Of a stretch of 64,000 bases of DNA, positions 10,901 through 18,644 are shown one piece after another. This DNA comes from Promethearchaeota archaeon (GTDB taxonomy: Archaea; Asgardarchaeota; Lokiarchaeia; Sigyniarchaeales; SOKP01), in NCBI GenBank assembly GCA_011364925.1, contig RDOA01000003.1:32001-96000 (forward strand). Direction: 5' to 3'. The notes under the pieces are model-generated. The model was given only the letters and a program-made list of their open reading frames with translations, was not told the origin of the DNA and made no database searches. Numbering within the stretch: the stretch's first letter is position 1; each line of letters opens with the position of its first letter. A program made the position numbers and the translations under genes.

Positions 10901-11686
10901 GGTTACAGCAACTTAGTTGACGGTATTATTAAATTTTTAAACAACCTCCAAGCAGTAGATAAAGTGGGAAATATGTACAGAAAGAAAATAAGGGAAGAGC
11001 TCCAAAAGGTATTACACCCTTACATTTTAAAAATAACTCGAGAGAAAAAAAGAGAAAAAGATATTGTTGATAGAGTGTTCGCTATTTTAATTAGACAGCA
11101 ATACTTAATAGAGAGCCATCCCAAAAGAGCGAGCGGTTCAGAATCGATGCAAACATCGTTCGCGGTCGGTCCACGATATCAAAAAGTTTTAAAAGATTAC
11201 TACGAATCCCGGGACAGCTCAATCATCAGTTACGAACCAATAGATCTCGAATCCGATATAACACCTCAAACAGAGCGTACGAATACTACTAATTTAAAAA
11301 ACGCGTTAACAGAACACTTTGCACCTATTCTATATTACGAATTTTTCAATATTCATAAATTCATCGCTCAGCAAAAATACGAAAAAGCTTTGAAAATAGC
11401 AAAAACGCTTCTGAGAAGATATCTTTACGAAGTTTACAATAGCTATTATAGCGTTGATTACACAATAACGAGCGCAGACATAAATAAATTTATAACTCTT
11501 ATGACCACTACAGAGAATTTTCCATTTACAGAAAAGGAGTTAAGCACATTCTTGTCTATGTGTGATGAAATTACTCCGGACGAAAAGAACCTAAAGCAAC
11601 AGAGTAAAAACTTATTCAACTCTTATTCAAAACTTTTCAACAAGTTCAAATCCTACTTAGAAGGAGAGGTGGAAGTAGTATCGTAG
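7910..11686 (+). CDS. Membrane-anchored VirB4/HerA-like protein with degenerate ATPase motifs
   Basis: Two TM hairpins, each followed by a repeated soluble domain. HerA-type landmarks VIFDFTGNW, INPL, VIIDLSDL and SASQ are present. The Walker A position reads NGTYSNRE and the Walker B position reads FIVMPHID. Confidence 0.7.
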   Translation: MINSLVKSYAHMLKNSDKKKGKTFSAEFTKIDDQEKKFLKIWKVNPSYKDIEKKETLLKTGSLTILGFIFFSCALYATRNLVLSIIITSIIVISYVVVFHKSIFSLKHVFEFKSFDPFQKLVFWQPIYDKSILFFTNHKDLTTTGMRIFQIKVIPENVHANLKRFIKGLHAVKVPYSYQIIQKPLQIANDTRSGAQISSFETLIYFSTFYFFNGRVTESKMLKLVESLREYTVSLQSAFASNFHHFKIALLTESELIEVFRNSVLKQNIGIENESTNASHKPYTHEKVNSIIKLIYILSIVISLDFFLLILSFPIGIRILLIAFIIASSILIWWRELLFQVNKGKLFKSKDIEVLAPFSGIQFYKSSKTPETLFFKAKGSLIGGLKMLNLNFSYPPSYCSPDKFYAALIRDSMPFTVTFQLRPLTFSQFDKEGFKYLRDNIKKKLLSKTEKFIDGNNWLSLRSGIWSTIGTYSTCVVFNSPDFTYELVDKMEQKLITQKTVLYNTFKQFFTNFEIIPLRHNKLEAGFLFENLKNKFFLRNGTHLNYILYQGINLCYIAALSDQFKKGVETKLATEFNTPLQLTNYVTVGNTINTEFLEGEVPAGFLLNQLRNILITNGTYSNRELLAQKIVIELVKMGHNAVIFDFTGNWSKVMNWFRGTRYEDQFIYHKLGKTFVINPLRSGIPYDTDNPGFLDYMLDVYAMCFKKDEKTIETFRNTILRNPDIDVSTLVLDLTTMREWDKSAVTDTLLSFFKEFTPHDSNFIPQQQVDTQDNTFAYEFITNDKTVIIDLSDLNDYDKQCYFSFVAISKFIHYLKTGKSFNPKFIVMPHIDIIFDGFFLESKIQYGKIDKFFRPLLENNFGTIFSASQIRYLHTNVFNFLVNIVAFRATDNRDIAVFNGQMNLESLHGVGYYSTSRNEGYQARYIGNMKQDEAVVKRDDIYQSFPVKFDLDDIRNMEPLSWQEIVSYMKNQGYDLENTERKVMKRAQTTLFESDFAGYSNLVDGIIKFLNNLQAVDKVGNMYRKKIREELQKVLHPYILKITREKKREKDIVDRVFAILIRQQYLIESHPKRASGSESMQTSFAVGPRYQKVLKDYYESRDSSIISYEPIDLESDITPQTERTNTTNLKNALTEHFAPILYYEFFNIHKFIAQQKYEKALKIAKTLLRRYLYEVYNSYYSVDYTITSADINKFITLMTTTENFPFTEKELSTFLSMCDEITPDEKNLKQQSKNLFNSYSKLFNKFKSYLEGEVEVVS

Positions 11687-12072
11687 TCCAAGACCAGAAA
11701 AGAAGAACCTACGAGCAAATCATAGAAAAAATTGTGTTCGACGAAGATGAATTAAACAAACTTAAAGATAAAATTCGGGATTTAGTCGAGGGTAAGATTC
11801 AAGCTAAGCAGCTTAAACAAAATTTGTTGCAATCAAGAGATCGTATAGTCAAAGATTTATCGAAATTTTTAATTTTTTGCATCGAACGTGTGGAAAGTAA
11901 CAATCAAAATCGAAACCTTGAAAAAAACTCGGCTTCTAATAAACCAGATTTGGAATTTGAACGATTACGTAAAGATATAGCAGAAAAAAATGAGTTTTTA
12001 GAAATCGTTGCTAAAAAAGTTGATAATCTTGTGTCTAAAGTTAAGGTCGCTAATAAATCTGAAATTTCATGA
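11680..12072 (+). CDS. Coiled-coil protein, last gene of operon (probable ATC start; track start is GTG 11734)
   Basis: Open frame extends to ATC 11680, 7 nt after GAGGTGG, overlapping the upstream stop. Confidence 0.6.
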   Translation: MVVQDQKRRTYEQIIEKIVFDEDELNKLKDKIRDLVEGKIQAKQLKQNLLQSRDRIVKDLSKFLIFCIERVESNNQNRNLEKNSASNKPDLEFERLRKDIAEKNEFLEIVAKKVDNLVSKVKVANKSEIS

Positions 12073-13022
12073 CCTATAAGATTAAAAAAAAGTGAAAAAA
12101 CGCTTTTAATATTCTAGATTTGATAAAAACGCTTCCCGTATTTCCATGTTTATGTAATCATACCCTTTCAGGTGCGGTGCTAAGTTCTTTGGTTTTATTC
12201 CTAAAATACCAGAAAAGATTATGTCAACAGAGAGTAAGTCAGAAGTTATTCTCACAAAAGGTGTGAAAGATCGAGCTCCGATATTTCCTGACATCATCTC
12301 TTCAAAAATTCCGGGTTCGCGGTCGTATTTTTCTCTAACTCCTGGTATCGTAAAAACTTTTGGCAACAACGCCTGGTAAGTTGCGAGGTTAATCTCGCTT
12401 TTCAGGTTAGTGAGTTCATAATAATCGAATTCTTTAGTGTCTAAACCGTAGCAAGTTTCGTAATCGACGCTTTCAGGAGTAAACCACCAAGTAAACAAGA
12501 ATGGGATCCCCCAAGACTCGATCATCGGAATCCCATGCTTACGACTTTCCCTAGCAATAAAAATCGAAGTTGCAGGATCGTCTAAAGTTAATGCTACAAC
12601 CTTTACATCTTTAAGGACAGAATCTATGTTATTCTGTGTAATTTTAGAGAGCTTTTTTATACTTACTTCGGGATCGATTTTATGTAAAAACGATTCTAAT
12701 ACATCAATTTTCCTTTTACCTATATCTTCAGTAGTACATATCTGTCGATTCAGGTTAGACTCATCAAACACATCAGAATCGCATATCACTAAGTTTTGGC
12801 AACCAGCTCTTATCAGATTCTCGGATAATGGCCCACCTAACCCACCTACTCCAAGAACTGCTACGCGCGATGTCCGAATAGTTTCTTGCTCTTGGAAGGT
12901 AATCGGACCTATATTTCGATTTATATGTTCCCAATAAGGATCCGACCAAGACTGTAATTTTTGATTAGCAAACATAATTTCACCTTATCTTTATTTTTTT
13001 GATTTTATGACCTATAAAATTA
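12064..13022 (+). repeat. 21-bp imperfect direct repeat flanking the ThiF gene (12064-12084 and 13002-13022)
   Basis: ATTTCATGACCTATAAGATTA vs ATTTTATGACCTATAAAATTA (19/21). Confidence 0.6.
12106..12975 (-). CDS. ThiF/E1-like adenylyltransferase
   Basis: VAVLGVGGLG, DSDVFDESNLNRQ, GKRK. Confidence 0.9.
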   Translation of the reverse strand: MFANQKLQSWSDPYWEHINRNIGPITFQEQETIRTSRVAVLGVGGLGGPLSENLIRAGCQNLVICDSDVFDESNLNRQICTTEDIGKRKIDVLESFLHKIDPEVSIKKLSKITQNNIDSVLKDVKVVALTLDDPATSIFIARESRKHGIPMIESWGIPFLFTWWFTPESVDYETCYGLDTKEFDYYELTNLKSEINLATYQALLPKVFTIPGVREKYDREPGIFEEMMSGNIGARSFTPFVRITSDLLSVDIIFSGILGIKPKNLAPHLKGYDYINMEIREAFLSNLEY

Positions 13023-13131
13023 TGAGGACTATATAAAAAAAAATCCAGAGGCTGTTTTAGTCTCTTTTTGTTATTTATATATTCTCATTGGGTGGGTTAA
13101 GTAATCAATAACAGCAGTTACCATTTAAAAA

Positions 13132-14367
13132 ATGATCACTCAAGAAGTTGTATCCTGCCCTATAATCCCCTATAAGAAGTTAAATCCCGGTTCCGTAGAC
13201 GAATTTTTAGGCATATTTGAGGATGTGTTAAACTTAGACCTAGAACGCGGTATGGAATTAGACTTCGTGATCGACAGTAAATTAGGTAATAATAAAATTA
13301 GTCCGACTCTCGTGCTTGCCAAACCTTGCGATGCAGAAGATATTGCCAATATTTGTAAAGAAGTGTACGAATGCTCGTATCCCTATAAAGAGATTGAGGA
13401 CAAGCATAGTGTCAAAAAAATGATTGAAAGTCCCGAACATCATTTTATCCTCTTTAAAATAGGTGATGATATAGCCGGATGCTTCAGATGTGCGTTAGAT
13501 TTCGAGCATAAAAAGGGGTATACCGGTGGGTTCATGGTCAGAAAGGAATATCAGAAGTCCCTTGATGTTACCAAAGCAATTATAGGTTCGTATGCTTGGA
13601 TGTGGAGCACCTATCGAAAGGAAATTCTGATGTGGTATTGCGAGAATCGGACAGCACACGCAGCTTCCCAGTATATTACTTCCGTTTGCGGTATCAATAC
13701 TGTCGCGTTTTTTCCAAACAAAGATGTCTTTTACAATCGAGTAGAATCCGATGTTATGGGTGTCATTTATCAAGAAAAAGCTTTAATCGAACAGAGAGAG
13801 CGTCAAACTCCTAGCCTAATTAGGAGCGCCCTCGATAGTTTTTTACATTGCGATAACCTATATGGATTGGGAGGGTTCAAGTTAGTTTCTCCTGATCTTA
13901 TGATTGATTACGCGAAGGTTTCGGAACTACAAAAAAGGTTTCGAAAGGATGTGATCGCAGATAAATACGGCTACAAATATTATCAATTTTTTTTAAGTGG
14001 AACAAAATCATATTTTACATTTTTACACACGCCTAACATTCAGAATATAGAGAAAACTAAGTATTACGTTAATTCCTTGGAAGAATTATATGTATATTTA
14101 GAAGAGTTATTGAAGTGTATAAAAGAAAACGCTATTAGATATAGCGAAGTGTTTGTTTCTGCTTTCTGTCCAGAGCACCAACAATTGTTTTATGAGTTTG
14201 GATTTAGAGCGAGAGGATATGTGCCATGTTGGGCTTACAATAAATCAGAAAATGTGTTTGAGGATTATGTCGTTTTTAACTATTTCGAAGGAGAAGTGTC
14301 TCAAGCTGAGCTTCTACCGATAGGCCAAGAGCTATTCGATATTTTAAATCTACAAATTAATGTTTAA
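13132..14367 (+). CDS. Tandem GNAT-fold acyltransferase-like protein
   Basis: GGFMVRKEYQ, ENRTAHAASQ, and second lobe QQLFYEFGFRARGYVPCW. Confidence 0.7.
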   Translation: MITQEVVSCPIIPYKKLNPGSVDEFLGIFEDVLNLDLERGMELDFVIDSKLGNNKISPTLVLAKPCDAEDIANICKEVYECSYPYKEIEDKHSVKKMIESPEHHFILFKIGDDIAGCFRCALDFEHKKGYTGGFMVRKEYQKSLDVTKAIIGSYAWMWSTYRKEILMWYCENRTAHAASQYITSVCGINTVAFFPNKDVFYNRVESDVMGVIYQEKALIEQRERQTPSLIRSALDSFLHCDNLYGLGGFKLVSPDLMIDYAKVSELQKRFRKDVIADKYGYKYYQFFLSGTKSYFTFLHTPNIQNIEKTKYYVNSLEELYVYLEELLKCIKENAIRYSEVFVSAFCPEHQQLFYEFGFRARGYVPCWAYNKSENVFEDYVVFNYFEGEVSQAELLPIGQELFDILNLQINV

Positions 14368-14396
14368 TTGAATTACCAACTTTTAAATAACGAATT

Positions 14397-14996
14397 TTGT
14401 TATTAAAGTTTATGAATAAATTTCCAAGAGATAAATACGAAATTATAGATCTAATTTTTACATTCCTTTTTGCTATAAGTTTTACCTTAACAGCTCTCCT
14501 CCTTTTAGATAATTTGATAGTTTCTATAATTTATATCATTTTAGTTGGTCTTTTTTCGCTTGTAACCATATTTTTGTGGTTTGTACAGAATCCATTTAAT
14601 ATGTATTTAGTCAGAACATTTGCCTTTACCAACTTTTTATTCACATTTATAGCGATTATTGCTTACGTTTTACCACCAATTGAAGATGTAGTAAATCCAT
14701 ATATCTCAATTATTATGATATTGCTGCTTATCCCTTCAATTTTCTATCTCGCAATTACAACTAGGTTTGTAGCAACTTCAACCCTTAAGTATAAAAGAAC
14801 AGGGGCAGCGCTAGCTTTTATGGGAAGAATTAAAAATGTCGAGCAAGCTTTATATGGAGATACAGTAGAGAATAAAATAAGACGAGAAGAAGCAATGGCT
14901 AAAATCAAGAAAGCATACAACCAAAAAATCGTAATAGTGTTATGCATCGTTTTTGCTTTATGTAGTATTTCTGCACTAATTTTTGGATTTTATTAG
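14397..14996 (+). CDS. Five-TM membrane protein (paralog of 15075)
   Basis: Shares DLxFT, NPF...RxFAxTNFLF and GAxLAFxGxIKNxExALxGD with the next ORF. Confidence 0.8.
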   Translation: MLLKFMNKFPRDKYEIIDLIFTFLFAISFTLTALLLLDNLIVSIIYIILVGLFSLVTIFLWFVQNPFNMYLVRTFAFTNFLFTFIAIIAYVLPPIEDVVNPYISIIMILLLIPSIFYLAITTRFVATSTLKYKRTGAALAFMGRIKNVEQALYGDTVENKIRREEAMAKIKKAYNQKIVIVLCIVFALCSISALIFGFY

Positions 14997-15074
14997 GTTT
15001 GTAAATTGAGTAAATGAAATTTATATCTAATCTATATACGAATATTTATATGCCGAATTGTATCAGTATAGTGT

Positions 15075-15659
15075 ATGAACGATCTTCCTAGAAAGAAATC
15101 CGAAATTCTGGATTTAACATTTACAATTCTTTTCACAATAAGTATGGTGTTAAACGTTTTATTTCTTCGTTTGAATTTAATAATATCTACAACATCTGTC
15201 ATTATATTCTTTCTCTTATCCGCTCGGGTTATACTTTATTGGATAGCAAGGAATCCTTTTAAAACATTATTAATTAGATCGTTTGCTTATACTAATTTCT
15301 TGTTTAGTATTGTAGCACTCATAACTTTAACGAGGCCTTCTTTTTCCGATACTCCAGACTATTTTCCATTTGGTATTGTATTTCTCCTCTTTTTACCATC
15401 TGGGATTTATACCTTACTTGCGATTTTCTCTCATAGAAGCTCAAGCCCCTTGGATAAAATTGCAGGGGCTGAGTTAGCTTTTTATGGGAAAATTAAAAAT
15501 ATTGAAATCGCTTTGTTTGGAGATAGCTTAGAGGTTGAAAAGAAGAGAAAAGAAGCAATTACTCAATTGAAAACAGTCTACAGGTATAAATTGATTGTAA
15601 TATTAAGTGTTCTATTTCCGATAATCAGTTTTATAGCTCTTATCATTGGATTTTTGTAA
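15075..15659 (+). CDS. Five-TM membrane protein (paralog of 14397)
   Basis: Same shared motifs as 14397; tandem duplicate. Confidence 0.8.
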   Translation: MNDLPRKKSEILDLTFTILFTISMVLNVLFLRLNLIISTTSVIIFFLLSARVILYWIARNPFKTLLIRSFAYTNFLFSIVALITLTRPSFSDTPDYFPFGIVFLLFLPSGIYTLLAIFSHRSSSPLDKIAGAELAFYGKIKNIEIALFGDSLEVEKKRKEAITQLKTVYRYKLIVILSVLFPIISFIALIIGFL

Positions 15660-15713
15660 TGGAATTTAGCCTTCAAATTTTGATTTTTTCCTTTATATAC
15701 ATACCTTGGAGAA

Positions 15714-16916
15714 TTGGTTATAGAACTAAAAAAATGTGATTATAGAGTGGAAATTAGTTTAAAAAAACCAGTTCACCAGGAAGTTGTAGTTTTTAACACA
15801 CGCAAGATCGCTGAGATTCAATTAGTGTTGACAGAAATTTTATACGTACCTAACGAAAAATTAAAACTTGTAGTCGTTTTAGAATTACTTGATTATTTAA
15901 AAGACAAGTTTTCAAAGCCAAACTATAAAATCGAATTCGTTTACACAAAAGAAGGAAATGTCATCACGGGTTTTGTAGTGTGTCAAATAGATACAGATTA
16001 CAGAAGTTACGGCATGAAATGTCCGAGTTTTGGGTGGCTTCACGCTAAGGATTTTCGCTCCTGTGAACTACTAATGAACGAGTGCGAAGATTTTGTAAGG
16101 AGGAATAAATTTCGAAAAATTCGAGGTCCAATCAATTTTCCAAAAAAAATAGGGGGAATTGGATTTCAAACTGAAGGTTTTGAGGCTCCTATGCTTAGTG
16201 GAGTCGCGTTCAACGAGCCAAGTTCGAGAATCTTGGAGTACTTAGAGGAGTTGGGTTATAAAAAGGACTCAAAATATAGCTGTGTGGAAGTAATCCAAAC
16301 GAATTGGAAGAAGGGGTACGCACTAGATAAGAATCTAATAATGCGATTTCTGCCTTTGAATGAAATCAGAAAATTACGCTCTGAAATATTATCTCTTGCT
16401 CAACATTCCTTTCACTCGGTTTTAGCAGATGCTCTAGGAGGTCACTCTCGTTTCGAAGAGTTCATGGATTCGTATAAGCATCTTTATGGAGAAGGGGCTG
16501 AAATTAAAAAAGAATTGGATCAAAGCTCTTATTCGTCAATACCTGAGTTCATCGAGATGTGGGAATCAATAGATTTCAATAGTATCGTTCCTTGTTGTGA
16601 TATGGCTTTCGATCGAACCACGGGTGAACTTGTGGGAATAATAATGGCCTTTCCCAACTTATTCCAGTTATGGAGTAGGGAACCACTCACCCAATTAAAT
16701 ATCGATACGGTGATTATCAAAAAAGAGTACGCGGGACGCGGTATATTTTCTTCTCTGGGCAATGTAGGGCAATTAACATGTAAATTATACGGTCTTGATT
16801 ACCTTGAAGGTACAACCATTTGGGCAAACAACGATCGCGCCGTAAAAACCATTTTTCCTCATTGTAAACCAGTTAGAACGCATTATGTTGTTCAGAAGCG
16901 GATTTTAAGAAAATAA
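15714..16916 (+). CDS. YghO / bacterial ceramide synthase-like tandem GNAT acyltransferase
   Basis: FGW, IRGPINF, EGFEAP, FNEP...LEELGYKKD, KKEYAGRGI, TIWANN. Confidence 0.7.
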   Translation: MVIELKKCDYRVEISLKKPVHQEVVVFNTRKIAEIQLVLTEILYVPNEKLKLVVVLELLDYLKDKFSKPNYKIEFVYTKEGNVITGFVVCQIDTDYRSYGMKCPSFGWLHAKDFRSCELLMNECEDFVRRNKFRKIRGPINFPKKIGGIGFQTEGFEAPMLSGVAFNEPSSRILEYLEELGYKKDSKYSCVEVIQTNWKKGYALDKNLIMRFLPLNEIRKLRSEILSLAQHSFHSVLADALGGHSRFEEFMDSYKHLYGEGAEIKKELDQSSYSSIPEFIEMWESIDFNSIVPCCDMAFDRTTGELVGIIMAFPNLFQLWSREPLTQLNIDTVIIKKEYAGRGIFSSLGNVGQLTCKLYGLDYLEGTTIWANNDRAVKTIFPHCKPVRTHYVVQKRILRK

Positions 16917-17032
16917 TTTTTCCTTTTTTTATTTTTACTGGGCTGTAAAGTCGATTTTTGCTATACTTTTTATATTTATTCACTATTATTAATGTAAATA
17001 TTATTTTTTCGATAAAATAAGGATGATTTGAT

Positions 17033-17497
17033 ATGGAGAAATTTAATTTAGAACTTATTAAAAAATACTTCTGGCTGATAAATTTAGTCACAGGGTTATT
17101 GGGAGTTGTTTCGGCGTTCATTCCATCTTGGGGTGGTACAGAGGGAGCAAATCTGATAAGTGTGTGGTACTGGGGATTTTATTACTTGGAAGGATTTCAT
17201 GATCTTGAGGAGCCGGCAATAACAGCTACTGGAGTAGTAGTAGCAATTATGTTATTGGTAGGAGCAGCCTTAATCCTCTATTCCGCAATATCGGCTAAAA
17301 GAAAGGAAGAACCTAAAAAATTATTTACCTTAATAGGCGGAATCCTCTATCTTGTAGCACCAAGTTTGTTTATGATTACCATGGCAGGTCTTATGGATAC
17401 CTTTTGGGTCGAATACTTTGCTAGTGTTGGTTTGATTTTTCCCTATATTGCCGGTGTGATCACAATATTTAGTTGGTTTTCGCTAAGACGGAATTAA
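17033..17497 (+). CDS. Four-TM membrane protein
   Basis: Four hydrophobic helices. Confidence 0.75.
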   Translation: MEKFNLELIKKYFWLINLVTGLLGVVSAFIPSWGGTEGANLISVWYWGFYYLEGFHDLEEPAITATGVVVAIMLLVGAALILYSAISAKRKEEPKKLFTLIGGILYLVAPSLFMITMAGLMDTFWVEYFASVGLIFPYIAGVITIFSWFSLRRN

Positions 17498-17522
17498 TTT
17501 CGAAATTAATTCTTTTTTTTTT
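17491..17522 (+). terminator. Perfect 22-bp palindrome followed by a T-run
   Basis: GAATTAATTTCGAAATTAATTC then T10 at the stop of the 17033 ORF. Confidence 0.65.
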
Positions 17523-17634
17523 GTTTACACATCCGCTTTCTACAAACTTGTAAAACCTTAAATATCTCCGAATAACTTTAATAATTACTAGAAAATCTAA
17601 TCGTAAAAATTAAAAAAACAAAGAGGAAATAATC

Positions 17635-17958
17635 ATGCCATATATTATTGTATATATTACGTACCCTTCTGATATAAATGATGAGGTAAGGGATAAGTTT
17701 TTTGAGGTAGTAAAAGAATTTCCTTTCGAAAAGGAGCTTGGAAAAGAGACGATTCAAGTCGCTTCAAATACTAATGCTCACGGTGTAGAAGTAGTAAGCG
17801 TTGTGGATGTAAAACAAGGGAAATTAGAAGAAGCCTGGAAATGGGCTCGTAATAGAATGAGACCCTTCCAGAGTATTAAGGGTTTAGAGTACGATCTGAG
17901 GCTCTGGAACACGCTAGCTGAAGCTTTAGAAGGAACTGGGCGTTCTCCCCCAGAGTAA
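17635..17958 (+). CDS. Small alpha/beta hypothetical protein
   Basis: GAGG RBS; clean 107-aa ORF. Confidence 0.7.
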   Translation: MPYIIVYITYPSDINDEVRDKFFEVVKEFPFEKELGKETIQVASNTNAHGVEVVSVVDVKQGKLEEAWKWARNRMRPFQSIKGLEYDLRLWNTLAEALEGTGRSPPE

Positions 17959-17987
17959 ACTATCCAAAATTATTTTTAACTTTTTTT

Positions 17988-18530
17988 TTAACTTCTAGTT
18001 CTTAAACCGATAATTCGACGAGTTAATGCATTAACAGCATCTTCGACCACCTTAATATCATCTGGACTGGCTTCTACATACAACCCGCCTTCCCTTTCGG
18101 CAAAAGCTCTTGCTTCTTCTCGATCAATGACTTCTCCTACATCTTCGAGGAGATCTGCTTTATTACCAATTAAAACAAACGGAATGTTTTCATTACTGAA
18201 CTCTCGAACTTCAGTGAGCCATTTCCTTGTTTCTAGATAATTCTGCTCCCGAGTTAGGTCGAAAACCAATAAGGCACCAGCCGCACCTTTATAAAAAGTT
18301 GATCTTATGAACTCAAACTTTTGTTGCCCTCCAATATCCCATATTGAAAGCGTTGCAACCTCTCCGGGTATAAACTCCACATCTTTGGTGAGGATGTCTA
18401 CTCCGACCGTTAACTTGTAATTCGCAGCAAATCGGTTTTTGATAATTCTTTGAATTACCCGATTATTAGCTAAATTCCTTCCAATCAGCAATATTTTCAA
18501 TTTAAAACTCGACATTATTTGCTTCGACAA
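17988..18530 (-). CDS. Rab-like small GTPase fold with degenerate G1 and G5
   Basis: YKLTVGVD, WDIGGQ, FYKGA and NKAD are intact. G1 reads GRNLANNR and G5 reads EASP. Confidence 0.85.
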   Translation of the reverse strand: MSKQIMSSFKLKILLIGRNLANNRVIQRIIKNRFAANYKLTVGVDILTKDVEFIPGEVATLSIWDIGGQQKFEFIRSTFYKGAAGALLVFDLTREQNYLETRKWLTEVREFSNENIPFVLIGNKADLLEDVGEVIDREEARAFAEREGGLYVEASPDDIKVVEDAVNALTRRIIGLRTRS

Positions 18531-18644
18531 AACCCATGTTGTTATAAGAAAATCTAGACTTATAAATAGATTCCATATATGGATTATCAGTTTGAAATTT
18601 TTCCTTTAAATTATGATGAATATTTTGAGTTATAACTAAATTAG

